From Anaerolineales bacterium (GTDB lineage Bacteria; Chloroflexota; Anaerolineae; Anaerolineales; UBA11579), in the NCBI GenBank assembly GCA_026129255.1, contig JAHCIJ010000002.1, positions 322,234 to 386,233 of the forward strand: DNA of 64,000 bases, written 5' to 3'. The notes beneath the pieces are model-generated. The model was not told where the DNA came from and did no database searches. It saw nothing but the letters and a program-made list of their open reading frames with translations. Position 1 is the stretch's first letter, and each line of letters starts with the position of its first letter. Position numbers and translations under genes: made by a program. This document shows, in pieces, positions 26,264-35,770 of this stretch.

Positions 26264-26425
26264 GCCATAAGCTGTTAGCAATTAGCTGTTAGCGGTTGAT
26301 TGCTTTTCCGCAGGCTGACCTCAGATACAGAGTCTATGATTGCCCTTCGCTTCGCTCAGGGCGACACTTATGAAGGCAGTCAGGGTTTGCTAATCACTAA
26401 TCACTAATCACTATTCCCGACTATC
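26264..26425. repeat. Heptamer-phased tracts flanking a GCCCTTCGCTTCGCTCAGGGCGAC element
   Basis: gccataa gctgtta gcaatta gctgtta gcggttg ... taatcac taatcac taatcac tattccc. The central element is the reverse complement of the one at about 40886..40910. Confidence 0.75.
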
Positions 26426-26974
26426 CCATAGCGGCTCACTAATGCCGCGCTGCAAATTCTCATAACGGGCCATTACGAACAGAGCGTCTGACAACCGGTT
26501 GAGGTAGGTGACGGACTCGCTGCGCACCTCATCCTGGCGCGCCAGGGTCACCAGGCGGCGCTCCGCCCGGCGGCACACCGCGCGCGCCACCTGCAGGGTG
26601 GCTGCGCCCAGGCTGCCGCCCGGCAGAATGAAATTCTGCAGCGGGCCGAGCTCGGCGTTCATCTCGTCGATCAGCGTTTCCAACGCGTCCACATGGCGCT
26701 GCTCGATGCGCGGCACCTTGAACTCCTCAGCCTCGTCGGGCGGGAAGGATAGGTCGCTGCCTAAATGAAAGAGCTGGTTCTGGATGGGGGGCAGCGCCTG
26801 GCTCAGCTTGTCGCACAGCCCCTGGGCCAGCGCCTGGCCAATGAATGAATTGAGCTCATCCACCGCACCGTAGGCGCGCACACGCGGGTGGTCCTTGGGC
26901 ACGCGCTGCTTGGTGCCTAGCGCGGTCGTGCCGTCGTCTCCGGTCTTGGTGTAGATCTTGGTCAGGCGGGGCAT
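26411..26974 (-). CDS. pduO: ATP:cob(I)alamin adenosyltransferase, PduO type
   Basis: [20 protein letters not shown]...[16 protein letters not shown]... Confidence 0.9.
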   Translation of the reverse strand: MPRLTKIYTKTGDDGTTALGTKQRVPKDHPRVRAYGAVDELNSFIGQALAQGLCDKLSQALPPIQNQLFHLGSDLSFPPDEAEEFKVPRIEQRHVDALETLIDEMNAELGPLQNFILPGGSLGAATLQVARAVCRRAERRLVTLARQDEVRSESVTYLNRLSDALFVMARYENLQRGISEPLWDSRE

Positions 26975-27003
26975 GCGGTCATTATAGCTGGCGCTCTGTT
27001 ATC

Positions 27004-28707
27004 ATGCCTTGCATGCGTGCAGACTTGGCTGGCTACGCCATTCTCTCCCGTTGGGTGCTCTTGCTGGCCCTGGGCGTGCACCTTTCGCTCATTGGCGCAG
27101 GCGTCATTACTATTCCCCTGTTGCTGGTGGCCGCCGGGCTGTGGAACGCGCTGCTGAGCTTGCGTTGGTTGCAGGGCAAGACCTGGCGTAGGCAAACCCT
27201 CATTGATATTGCTGGCGACTTTGTGTTCGCCATCGCGCTCTTCTATTTCAGCCGCACGCTGTTGGGCGCCTTCACCTGGGCGGGCATCTTCCCCGTGGTC
27301 AGCGCCGCATGGGCCTTGGGGCTGGGCGGCGGGCTAGCGGTGGGCCTGCTGACGGCGGCCGCCTTCGCCGCCCTGGCGGCCATCGACCTGCCGCTGGCGC
27401 AGATTCCGTTGCGTATGCTTTTACCCGCGCTGGCTTTCCTCACCGTGGGCAGCCTGCTGGGCTTCGGGGGGCGCCAGCTACAGTTTGGCCTGCGTGAGCG
27501 CTACGAAACCGAGGAATTTCAGCGCCTGGAGGCGGCCCGCCGCGAGCGTGAGCGCGCCCAGGCCGTCTTCGCCATCACACAGCAGATAAATTCCAGCCTG
27601 GTGTTTGAGCAAGTGCTGGAGAACGCGCTGGACGTAGGCACCAAGCTGTTTGTCACGTCTTCAGACAACGTCACGCGCACGGCGGGCGGCGTATTGCTGT
27701 TTGACGAGGGCGGGTTGCGCGTGGCCGCGGCCCGCGGCTTGACCGCGCAGGACATTGGCCGCATCCTGCCCGGGCAGCAGGGCGCACTGGCCGAGCTGAT
27801 GCAGCACGGCGAGCCGCGCCAAGTACTTGCGCCTGCCAGCGACGAAGAGTTCAAGTTGCTGGCCGGGTTGCACAACGCGCAGAGCCTGTATGCGCTGCCG
27901 CTGGTGTCTGGGTTGGATCTGTTCGGCGTGCTGTTCTTTGCCCACCCGGAGGCCAATTTCTTTGACGTGGAGCGTTGCGAGCTCTCGGCTTTGATCGCCC
28001 GCCAACTTATGGGCGCACTGCAGAATGCCCAGCTCTACGAAGCGCTCACTGAAGAGAAAGAGCGCATTGCCCACATTCAAGAGCAGGCACGCCAACAATT
28101 GGCGCGCAACCTGCATGACGGCCCTATCCAGAATGTGGCCGCCATCGCCATGCGCATCAACCTGGTGCGCCGCCTGATGGCCAAAGACTCCGCCGGGGCC
28201 AGCGAAGAACTCTACAAGGTTGAGGACCTCTCGCGGCGCACCACTAAAGAAATGCGCCACATGCTGTTCACGTTGCGTCCCCAGGCGCTGGAAACCAGCG
28301 GCCTGGTGGTGGCGCTGCAAGACCTGGCCAAGCATGCCCAGGAGAGCTACGGCATCCACGTCTTAGTAGACGCGCCTGAGGGTGCGGATGCGCGCATGGA
28401 GCGTGGCAAACAGGGCGTGCTGTTCTCCATCGCCAGCGAGGCGCTGGACCGCGCCCAGCGTGAGGCGCAAGCGCGCAACGTGGTCGTGCGTTTGCACAAG
28501 CTCGAGGACAACATCACTCTGCTTGAAGTGCAGGATGATGGCGCCCAGACCGAGGCTAGTGAAGGGCTGGACATCCTGCGCGAGCGTACCAACCTCATCA
28601 GCGGCGTGCTGCGTTGGGATGCACAACCCAGCGGAGGCTCGCGCCTGCGTGTGTGGGTGCCGCTCACCGAGCAGGCCGCCGACCGGCTGCGCCGGGGCGA
28701 GCTGTGA
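27004..28707 (+). CDS. Membrane sensor histidine kinase (TM - GAF - HisKA_3 - HATPase_c)
   Basis: N-terminal TM helices and a GAF-like region. QQLARNLHDGPIQNVAAI is the HisKA_3 H-box. C-terminal ATPase region. No cognate response regulator is adjacent. Confidence 0.85.
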   Translation: MPCMRADLAGYAILSRWVLLLALGVHLSLIGAGVITIPLLLVAAGLWNALLSLRWLQGKTWRRQTLIDIAGDFVFAIALFYFSRTLLGAFTWAGIFPVVSAAWALGLGGGLAVGLLTAAAFAALAAIDLPLAQIPLRMLLPALAFLTVGSLLGFGGRQLQFGLRERYETEEFQRLEAARRERERAQAVFAITQQINSSLVFEQVLENALDVGTKLFVTSSDNVTRTAGGVLLFDEGGLRVAAARGLTAQDIGRILPGQQGALAELMQHGEPRQVLAPASDEEFKLLAGLHNAQSLYALPLVSGLDLFGVLFFAHPEANFFDVERCELSALIARQLMGALQNAQLYEALTEEKERIAHIQEQARQQLARNLHDGPIQNVAAIAMRINLVRRLMAKDSAGASEELYKVEDLSRRTTKEMRHMLFTLRPQALETSGLVVALQDLAKHAQESYGIHVLVDAPEGADARMERGKQGVLFSIASEALDRAQREAQARNVVVRLHKLEDNITLLEVQDDGAQTEASEGLDILRERTNLISGVLRWDAQPSGGSRLRVWVPLTEQAADRLRRGEL

Positions 28708-29105
28708 ACGGCGAGAGCCGCCAGTGGACTTCGCCGCTCGTGCTGCGCGCTCTGGGTGCTGGCTGGCTGGTCTTCTTCCTGATCTGGCTGCCTTTTGAGG
28801 ACACGCACATTGTGTTGCCATTCGTCCTGGCGCTCGACTTGTGTGTCTGGATTGCCCTGCGCATGTGGCGCTTTTGGTCTACACTCACCGACGTAACCGT
28901 GGCCGCGCTGGCGGCCGGAGCCTGGTTGGCAGCGGTGCCAGTCTTCACCCTTGGGTTGATGTTGTTCAAGGGTGGCGTGCACGGCCACGGCTTTCCAGAC
29001 TTTGCTTTGCGCCAGTTTGGCTGGGTCCTGCTGGCCATCCCAGTGTGTGCCGCACTGGGAGCCATCCTGGGGGCCGGCACACATTTGAGTATCCATAGGA
29101 AATGA
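28704..29105 (+). CDS. Hypothetical 4-TM membrane protein
   Basis: The GTG at 28704 overlaps the kinase stop (GTGA). VNGESRQWTSPLVLRALGAGWLVFFLIWLPF... Confidence 0.5.
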   Translation: MNGESRQWTSPLVLRALGAGWLVFFLIWLPFEDTHIVLPFVLALDLCVWIALRMWRFWSTLTDVTVAALAAGAWLAAVPVFTLGLMLFKGGVHGHGFPDFALRQFGWVLLAIPVCAALGAILGAGTHLSIHRK

Positions 29106-29153
29106 TGGTCTAAGGGGCTGAAGGGGCAGTAGACCGCATCTCGGGGAGGCGCT

Positions 29154-29921
29154 ATGCCGAGAAGCGGGGGGCTGTACTACACAAGCCAGACGCCGGCGCG
29201 GGGCATGCCCGCGCTGCTTCTTATCCATGGAGCCGGTGGCAGCTCTGCCAGCTGGCCGTATCAACTTCGCCGTTTGCCAGGTTGGCAGGTGTTTGCGCCC
29301 GATCTGCCCGGCCACGGCAACAGTTCCCTCATTGGCCTCAAAGGTTCATTGCAAGCCTATGCTGATGCGGTGTGGGAGTGGGCAGATGGCATGGGCCTGC
29401 AGGAGGCCGTGCTGTGCGGCCATTCCATGGGCGCGGCCATCGCCTTGCTCATGGCGCACGCCGCGCCGCAGCGTACGCGCGGCGTGATGCTGCTAGGCTC
29501 CGCAGCACGCTTTAGCATCAACCCCCAACTGCTGGAAAAGCTCTATAACCCGGCGCGGCATCAGGATGCAGTACGCAGCCTGGTGCAATGGTCATTTGCG
29601 CGGCGCACCCACAATGCCCTGCGCCTGGCCTACAGCCGCCAGCTGATGAACAACGCGGGTGGAGTGCTGTATCGCGATTTCAAGGCCTGCGCTGAGTTTG
29701 ATTTCACACAGCAGGCTGCGCAGTTGCGCATCCCTGCGCTGGTGTTGAGTGGGGCAGAGGACCAGATGGTAGCTGCTCATCTCTCGGCAGCCCTGGCTGC
29801 GGCACTGCCTCTGGCCGTGGAGGAAACCGTGGCGGATGCGGGGCATATGCTCATGCAGGAGCAACCCGACGCGGTGGCTGCGATCTTGGAAAAAACCTTG
29901 CAAAGCTGGAAACCAGACTAA
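29154..29921 (+). CDS. Alpha/beta-fold hydrolase
   Basis: LLLIHGAGGSSASW and the nucleophile elbow CGHSMGAAIALLMA. Late Asp/His (...DAGHMLMQEQP). Confidence 0.8.
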   Translation: MPRSGGLYYTSQTPARGMPALLLIHGAGGSSASWPYQLRRLPGWQVFAPDLPGHGNSSLIGLKGSLQAYADAVWEWADGMGLQEAVLCGHSMGAAIALLMAHAAPQRTRGVMLLGSAARFSINPQLLEKLYNPARHQDAVRSLVQWSFARRTHNALRLAYSRQLMNNAGGVLYRDFKACAEFDFTQQAAQLRIPALVLSGAEDQMVAAHLSAALAAALPLAVEETVADAGHMLMQEQPDAVAAILEKTLQSWKPD

Positions 29922-29936
29922 AATTAATGCTTAGCG

Positions 29937-32033
29937 ATGATAGAACGTCTTCAGCGCTGGCTATCTCTGCCCACATTCGAAAACTCAGACCTTCGCCGGG
30001 AGGCTGAGATTTTGTTCTCCATCCTGGTGGTGTTGATCCCCACCACGGCTGGGTTTGTTGTCGCGCTCATGCTGCTGGCGCCGGAGAACAAGATCAGCCA
30101 TGTGGTGGCGATAACCATCCTGCTCTCTCAAGTGTGTTCGTACATTCTTTTGCGCCGCCGCCGCTTGGTGGCCGCGGGCATGGGTATGTTGTCACTGATC
30201 TGGGTGTTTGTCACCTTTTCGGTCTACCTGGGGGATGGCGTGCGCAGCGTCTCGGTCATTGGCCAGCTGCTCATAGTGCTGATGGCCGGGCTGCTGGTCA
30301 AACGTTCGTTTGCCGCCGGCCTGGCTGCACTCACCGTATTGATCAATCTTGTCATCCTGCGTTTGCACCAACAAGGCTTACGCCTTGGGTCCACTGTGCT
30401 GAGCGATGAAGCCTATTGGGCGGCTCAGGGTCTGTTCTTTGTGGTTGCCGTGGGGCTGGCTTATGTGTACATCCGTGGGCTGAACCGTGCGTTCGCCATT
30501 GCCCAGGCCAAGGAAGATTCTCTGCGCGAGAGCGTGGAAGAACTGCGCCAGGCCCAAACCCTGCAGACAGTCGAGAAGGAAAATCTGCATCGTCGCGAAG
30601 CAATTTTTGCCACGGTCTCTGCCGCGGCAGAGCGCTTGTTCCGCGAGGGCTCGTTTGCTGAGAGCATCAACACCATCGCCCAGTCGTTGGGTGAGGCCAC
30701 TGGTGTGGACCGCGTACGCATCTTTGAGAACGCCATCAATCCCGGCGGAGAACTCATGTCACATGAGATGTATTCCTGGTCGGCACCCAACGTGGGCAGC
30801 TATATGCAGTTGGGGCGCTTCAAATCTACCCATTTTCGTGAGGCGGGCTTGCTGCGCTGGGTGGACCTGCTCTCCAACAACCAGGTCGTGAAGGCTAATG
30901 TACAGGACCTGCCGGATCACGAGCGCCGTCGTTTGCAGTCTCAGGGGCTGAAGGCCATCCTGGTGGTGCCTATCTTGGTGGGTGACGAGTGGTGGGGCTT
31001 TATTGGTTTTGATGATGTTAAAGAAGAGCGCAGCTGGTCTCCTGAAGAGGAAGACGCCCTGCGTGGGGCGGCTGGCATTCTGGGCGGCGCGCTCCAGCGC
31101 CAGCGCGTGGAGCGCGCCTTGTACCGTAGTGAGCAGCAGTACCTTGCCATATTGCAAGACCAGACCGACATGATTTGCCGGTACACTCCTTTGGGTCAGA
31201 TTACGTTTGCCAACGACGCCTATGAGCGCTTTTTTGGTCTGCAGATCGATGAGACCGGCAAGCGAATGATCTGGAACCGCGTGCTTCTTGAAGAAGACCG
31301 CCAGGCGCTCCAGTCAAAGATCGAAAAAATCACCCCTGAGCGCCCTTCCATCACCACCCGCAGCCATGACCGCCGCGAAGACGGCGCGCTGCGCTGGATC
31401 GAGTGGACGGCACGCGGCATCTTTGATGAGAACGGTGTGCTGATCGAAGTGCAATCTGCCGGGCGGGATGTGGACAACGAGGTGCACCTGCGCCAGCAAC
31501 TGGAGCGCAACCTGCGCGCTTCGGAAGAGCAGGCCATGACGGACGAGCTCACCGGGTTGCTCAACCGGCGCGCCATCACCGAGCGGGCCGAGATCGAGTG
31601 GCAGCGTGCCCTGCAGGAGAACCTGCCGCTGAGCCTGGTGCTGATGGATCTTGACCACCTCAAGAACATCAACGACTCCCACGGCCATCTGGTGGGCGAT
31701 GAGGCCCTGCGCACCATCGGCAACCTGCTGCAAACCAGCATGCGCCGCAATGACTGGGCCGGTCGCTGGGGCGGCGACGAGTTCATGCTGCTGCTGCCCG
31801 GCGCAGAGCTGCTGATGGCGCGGCAGGTGGCGGAGCGCTTACACCAGCGCATCAGCCGCAGCCATGTGCGCCTGGAAGACGGCACGCAGGTGCAGCTGCA
31901 GGTCAGCCTGGGTGTGGTGTCCAGCCCGGCTGGCCCAAAGCGCACGGAAACGCTGGATGAACTCTTCGCTCGTGCGGATGGCGCCCTGTATAGCGCCAAG
32001 CAAGCCGGGCGTAATCAAGTAGGTATCGCCTAA
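29937..32033 (+). CDS. Membrane sensor diguanylate cyclase (TM - GAF - PAS - GGDEF)
   Basis: GRWGGDEFMLLLPG, with an RxxD I-site (RRND) 5 residues upstream. LTGLLNRRA. GAF- and PAS-like segments. Confidence 0.85.
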   Translation: MIERLQRWLSLPTFENSDLRREAEILFSILVVLIPTTAGFVVALMLLAPENKISHVVAITILLSQVCSYILLRRRRLVAAGMGMLSLIWVFVTFSVYLGDGVRSVSVIGQLLIVLMAGLLVKRSFAAGLAALTVLINLVILRLHQQGLRLGSTVLSDEAYWAAQGLFFVVAVGLAYVYIRGLNRAFAIAQAKEDSLRESVEELRQAQTLQTVEKENLHRREAIFATVSAAAERLFREGSFAESINTIAQSLGEATGVDRVRIFENAINPGGELMSHEMYSWSAPNVGSYMQLGRFKSTHFREAGLLRWVDLLSNNQVVKANVQDLPDHERRRLQSQGLKAILVVPILVGDEWWGFIGFDDVKEERSWSPEEEDALRGAAGILGGALQRQRVERALYRSEQQYLAILQDQTDMICRYTPLGQITFANDAYERFFGLQIDETGKRMIWNRVLLEEDRQALQSKIEKITPERPSITTRSHDRREDGALRWIEWTARGIFDENGVLIEVQSAGRDVDNEVHLRQQLERNLRASEEQAMTDELTGLLNRRAITERAEIEWQRALQENLPLSLVLMDLDHLKNINDSHGHLVGDEALRTIGNLLQTSMRRNDWAGRWGGDEFMLLLPGAELLMARQVAERLHQRISRSHVRLEDGTQVQLQVSLGVVSSPAGPKRTETLDELFARADGALYSAKQAGRNQVGIA

Positions 32034-32056
32034 ACAGGCGAAGGTACACAGCCTCC

Positions 32057-33547
32057 ATGCAGATCAACCGTCGTTTCAGAGAATTGCTGCGCCTGAGCCG
32101 TGGCGGATACATTCCAGAAGAGTTGCGCACGCGCTACTTTTATTTTGTCTTTTGGGTGATCGCCGTCATGGTGCCGCTCGGCTGGGGGTTGAGCGGGCGC
32201 ATTGTTGAAGCTCCGCTGTTTGTGCGTACGTTGCAGGTAGGCAGTTTTGCCGTCCTGATCTTTATCTGGCTACTGGGGCGCCGCGGCCGGATCACCCTGG
32301 CCACCAACATTCTGGTGTGGGCCTTTTGGCTGCTGGCTACCGGCGTGGTGCTCGTTGAGGCCAACACCAACAACATCTGGCTGGTGCCGCAGTTTCTGCT
32401 CATTGTGCTGACGCGCTTGCTCTTGAGCGGGCGCGTGGCGCTAAGTATGGCGCTGATGACCCTGGTGGCGGATGTCCTCATTTTCTACCTCGCCCTGCAC
32501 ACCCATCTGCCGCCAGAGTTGGCCCAAATGGCTCAGGACGCGGAATGGACCCCGCTGGTGCTGAGCTTCTTCTCACTGCTGGTGATCTTCTTTCTGGGTG
32601 ATCTGGCGCTGCGCGACAGCCTGGTGCAGGCGCGCCGCAATGAGGGGCGCTATCGTTCGCTGTTCGACCACACCAATGATGCCGTCTTCCTGATCGATCC
32701 GGCTTTGCGTTATCTGGATGTCAACAAACAAGGCGGCGCACTGCTGGGCTATGAGCCGTCTGAGTTGGTGGGCAAACCCATTTCCGAAGTGATCGCCCCC
32801 ACCGAGGTAGCCGCCACGAAAGCCAACTTTGCGCGCTTGCAGCGCGAGGGCATGATCCCGCTGTTTGAGCGCACCATGATCCGCAAAGATGGCAGCCGCA
32901 TCATTACCGAAGTGGGCATCTCATTGGTGAGGGATGAAGATGGGGAGCCGCTCTATCACCAGAGCGTGGTGCGCGACATTACCGAGCGCAAACGCCTGGA
33001 GGATCAGCTGCGCTTCTCGCTGGAGGAGATGCAAGCCCTGGCGATGCAAGACCCGCTCACCGGGTTGCTCAACCGCCGCGCTGTATCAGAAAACGCCGAA
33101 GCGGAGTGGTTCCGTGCTCAACGTGAGACCCGCCCCATGTGCCTGGTGATCATCGACCTGGACAATCTCAAGATCATCAACGACAAGCACGGCCACGCCA
33201 TGGGTGACCAGGTGATCCTGGAGCTGGCGCGCGCCATCAAGACCCAGCGCCGCCGTTACGATTGGGCCGGGCGTTGGGGCGGCGACGAATTCCTGCTGGT
33301 GCTACCCGGCGCCACGCTGAGCGAGGCGGGCGAGGTGGCCGAGCGCGTGCACAGCCAGTATGTGCAGAGCCCGCTGGTGGCCGACCTTGGCGAGGATGCC
33401 TCAGTCAGCTTGGGCGTAGCGTGCTACTCCGGCCGCAAAGGGGATGTGACCGACGTGTCCACGCTGCTCAACCAGGCGGATGAAGCGTTGTATAAAGCCA
33501 AGCAAGACGGCAAGAGCCAGGTGCAGCTCTACCGCACAGAGACATAA
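32057..33547 (+). CDS. Membrane sensor diguanylate cyclase (TM - PAS - GGDEF)
   Basis: GRWGGDEFLLVLPG with an RRYD I-site. The PAS segment is YRSLFDHTNDAVFLID...DITERKRLE. Confidence 0.85.
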   Translation: MQINRRFRELLRLSRGGYIPEELRTRYFYFVFWVIAVMVPLGWGLSGRIVEAPLFVRTLQVGSFAVLIFIWLLGRRGRITLATNILVWAFWLLATGVVLVEANTNNIWLVPQFLLIVLTRLLLSGRVALSMALMTLVADVLIFYLALHTHLPPELAQMAQDAEWTPLVLSFFSLLVIFFLGDLALRDSLVQARRNEGRYRSLFDHTNDAVFLIDPALRYLDVNKQGGALLGYEPSELVGKPISEVIAPTEVAATKANFARLQREGMIPLFERTMIRKDGSRIITEVGISLVRDEDGEPLYHQSVVRDITERKRLEDQLRFSLEEMQALAMQDPLTGLLNRRAVSENAEAEWFRAQRETRPMCLVIIDLDNLKIINDKHGHAMGDQVILELARAIKTQRRRYDWAGRWGGDEFLLVLPGATLSEAGEVAERVHSQYVQSPLVADLGEDASVSLGVACYSGRKGDVTDVSTLLNQADEALYKAKQDGKSQVQLYRTET

Positions 33548-33580
33548 AAAAAACGCCGGGCAATTGCCCGGCGTTTTTTT
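33546..33580. terminator. Bidirectional intrinsic terminator
   Basis: aaaaaaaacgccgggc-aatt-gcccggcgttttttt. Confidence 0.9.
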
Positions 33581-33595
33581 ATGCAGCGGTCAGAA

Positions 33596-33760
33596 TTAGT
33601 TCTTGCCGCCAAAGGCGCCCAGCAGGCCGCCTGCGCCGCCGAGGACACCGGCGATGCCCGTCAGCGTGTCGGCGAAAGGAATGTTAACGCCGAAGTACTG
33701 CAGGCCCATCAAAAGAAAAAAGATTGCTTGCAATGCAGTGGTGGGTTTCTGAAGGTTCAT
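33596..33760 (-). CDS. Small (54 aa) Gly-rich membrane protein, below the ORF-track cutoff
   Basis: AAGGAG RBS. MNLQKPTTALQAIFFLLMGLQYFGVNIPFADTLTGIAGVLGGAGGLLGAFGGKN. Confidence 0.5.
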   Translation of the reverse strand: MNLQKPTTALQAIFFLLMGLQYFGVNIPFADTLTGIAGVLGGAGGLLGAFGGKN

Positions 33761-33874
33761 CAGAATCTCCTTGTGGTAGTTATACGGAATACCGTATGTA
33801 CATATATAAACACGCAGCTCCCTGCGGGGTTGCGCGGCTCAGCGTGCTATAGTTGAGGCCGTGGAGGCTCCATT

Positions 33875-34501
33875 TTGAAGATCCGTGTACTTGCATTACT
33901 GGCATTTGTACTGGTTGGGCTAGTAGCCTGCGGGCAGCCGGCGGAGGCCAAAGCTGAGCCGACGCGCGTGCCTTTCCAGATGGCAGGCGAGAACTTTCTC
34001 AGCGCCCCGCAGGATTTCCTGATGCCGCCAGCGCTCACCAACGGAGCCTACGCCGTGATGAGCACTGGCACCGAGTCGCCCAACAGCCGCATCCTTGAGC
34101 TGCGCGCGGATGGCCAGGCCTACATCGCCGCCACGGGGCGCCTGATGGGCTGGCAGCGCCAACTCAACCGCCAGTCTGGTGAGGGGCCGCTGTATCTGGT
34201 GAATATTGTCAATCTATACGAGACCGCCAACGGGCCGATCACCGTGCTCAGCCGTGAGTGGCATGCGGATGTATGGGCGCGCCTGGACAGCGGCGAGCTG
34301 ACCCTGTTACCGGATCTCCCCGGAGTGGACGCCGAGCACCTGGTGTGGCAGGATGGTACTGGCGGCATCGGCGTCGAGATCGCTTATCACAACCTCTACC
34401 TGCTGCTCACCGGCCCAGGCGATGGCACCGACCAATACGGTTTCTTTGCCCAGCTGGTGCCGCGCTATTTGCAGTGGATCCGGGAAGGGGAAACCCAGTA
34501 A
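33875..34501 (+). CDS. Hypothetical lipoprotein
   Basis: GGAGG RBS, TTG start. MKIRVLALLAFVLVGLVACGQ has a lipobox. Confidence 0.6.
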   Translation: MKIRVLALLAFVLVGLVACGQPAEAKAEPTRVPFQMAGENFLSAPQDFLMPPALTNGAYAVMSTGTESPNSRILELRADGQAYIAATGRLMGWQRQLNRQSGEGPLYLVNIVNLYETANGPITVLSREWHADVWARLDSGELTLLPDLPGVDAEHLVWQDGTGGIGVEIAYHNLYLLLTGPGDGTDQYGFFAQLVPRYLQWIREGETQ

Positions 34502-34502
34502 G

Positions 34503-34530
34503 AAAATCCCGCCTAGCGGCGGGATTTTTG
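34503..34530. terminator. Bidirectional terminator; the stem includes the last codons of the Pr6Pr gene
   Basis: aaaatcccgcc-tagc-ggcgggatttt, identical to 35742..35770. Confidence 0.8.
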
Positions 34531-35232
34531 TTTAGCAGTTTTCTTTGTAGTCTTCTTTGCGGTCTTCTTCGCCGCTTTCTTGGCTGCCCTTTTAGGCGCG
34601 GCCTTTTTCTTGGGTGTGCTTTCTGGCTTGGCGGGGGTGGCGATGCGGATCACTATCCAACTGAATGCCAGGAAAACCGCCAGGATGGCGACGCTGTATA
34701 GCGCCACGGCTCCGTAGCCACCAGCGGTAGCCGGGTTGAGGAACGGGTAGGGATACCAGTTCACCAGCGCACCGCGCACCAGCGTGTAAGCCAGGTACAC
34801 CAGCGGGAAGAGCAGCCAGACACGCGTCTTTGGCAGGCTTAGCTTGCTCTTGGGCGGGCTAATGATCCAGTCAGCAATGCCCACTACCGGGTTGATGTAG
34901 TGGAGCAGCGTATTGATCCAGGGTGCCAATGAACCCAGGTCAATATCGCGCAGCAAGATGCCGTAGACGATACCTACCACGGCGATGTAGACCACCGATC
35001 CGCCGCGCACCAGATCCTGCTCGGGCGTGGGTTTGCGGCGCTGCCACAGGTTGAGTGCGCCGATCACAAACACTACGGCCAGAATGATGTTGCTAAGGTT
35101 GGTGAAATAGCTGAAGTAATTGACCGGGTCAAAGCCCAGGCGCAGATGAGTGCCCAACTGTACGCCAATGGCATACAAGGTCAGCAAACCAAAGAAGAGG
35201 CGAACTACGATAAGTGCTTTGCGTTTGTCCAT
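34513..35232 (-). CDS. Pr6Pr-family (FAR-17a/AIG1-like) 6-TM membrane protein with a lysine/alanine-rich C-terminal tail
   Basis: MDKRKALIVVRLFFGLLTLYAIGVQ...FSYFTNLSNIILAVVF...NTLLHYINPVVGIADW... The tail is PKKKAAPKRAAKKAAKKTAKKTTKKTAKQKSRR. Confidence 0.6.
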   Translation of the reverse strand: MDKRKALIVVRLFFGLLTLYAIGVQLGTHLRLGFDPVNYFSYFTNLSNIILAVVFVIGALNLWQRRKPTPEQDLVRGGSVVYIAVVGIVYGILLRDIDLGSLAPWINTLLHYINPVVGIADWIISPPKSKLSLPKTRVWLLFPLVYLAYTLVRGALVNWYPYPFLNPATAGGYGAVALYSVAILAVFLAFSWIVIRIATPAKPESTPKKKAAPKRAAKKAAKKTAKKTTKKTAKQKSRR

Positions 35233-35292
35233 GCTTGGATTGTAGGCTAGCCTAGGCCAGCTACGCAAGGGACAAACAGAGGCAGATGGGCT

Positions 35293-35622
35293 TCATAGGG
35301 GTTTCCCTGTGCGTCGAGGACGCTCCCGTCGGATAGCCAGCCTGGTTTGGAGTTCTTTCGGATAGATGGAGATTGCCTTTCTGATCAGTGCCCTGAGCTC
35401 ACTTGAAAAGAAATATGTAGGATTAAAAGAGTACACGCGCGTTCGGCCAATTTTCTGTGAGGATAACACGCCCCCATGTTCCAGTCGTTGCAGCTGCTTT
35501 TGTATGCCGCGTAAATTGGTCGAGTAAAACTTGGCGATCTCGTACGCGTAGCCGCGCTGGCGCATTTCAATGAAAGCCAGTATTTTTTCTGCTTCAGTGC
35601 TTCCCAGGATAGGCGTCAACAT
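35293..35622 (-). CDS. Winged-helix transcriptional regulator (small, MarR/ArsR-like fold)
   Basis: ILAFIEMRQRGYAYEIAKFYSTNLRGIQKQLQRLEHGGVLSSQKIGRTRVY. GC is visibly lower than in the flanks. Confidence 0.6.
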   Translation of the reverse strand: MLTPILGSTEAEKILAFIEMRQRGYAYEIAKFYSTNLRGIQKQLQRLEHGGVLSSQKIGRTRVYSFNPTYFFSSELRALIRKAISIYPKELQTRLAIRRERPRRTGKPL

Positions 35623-35664
35623 AGTACTACCAATAGTAGTAATATTACTACTATTGGTAGTACT
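35621..35664. promoter_or_regulatory. Perfect 44-bp palindrome abutting the wHTH start codon (candidate operator)
   Basis: tagtactaccaatagtagtaatattactactattggtagtacta equals its own reverse complement (checked base by base). Confidence 0.7.
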
Positions 35665-35741
35665 ATGTCAGCTGGACTGGCGCTTAGTTCTTACCCTGAC
35701 GCGGCTGGCTGCAAGACTTGCACTTTGTTGCCCCAGCATAC

Positions 35742-35770
35742 AAAAATCCCGCCTAGCGGCGGGATTTTTG
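35742..35770. terminator. Intrinsic terminator, a duplicate of the one at 34503
   Basis: aaaaatcccgcc-tagc-ggcgggattttt. Confidence 0.8.
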
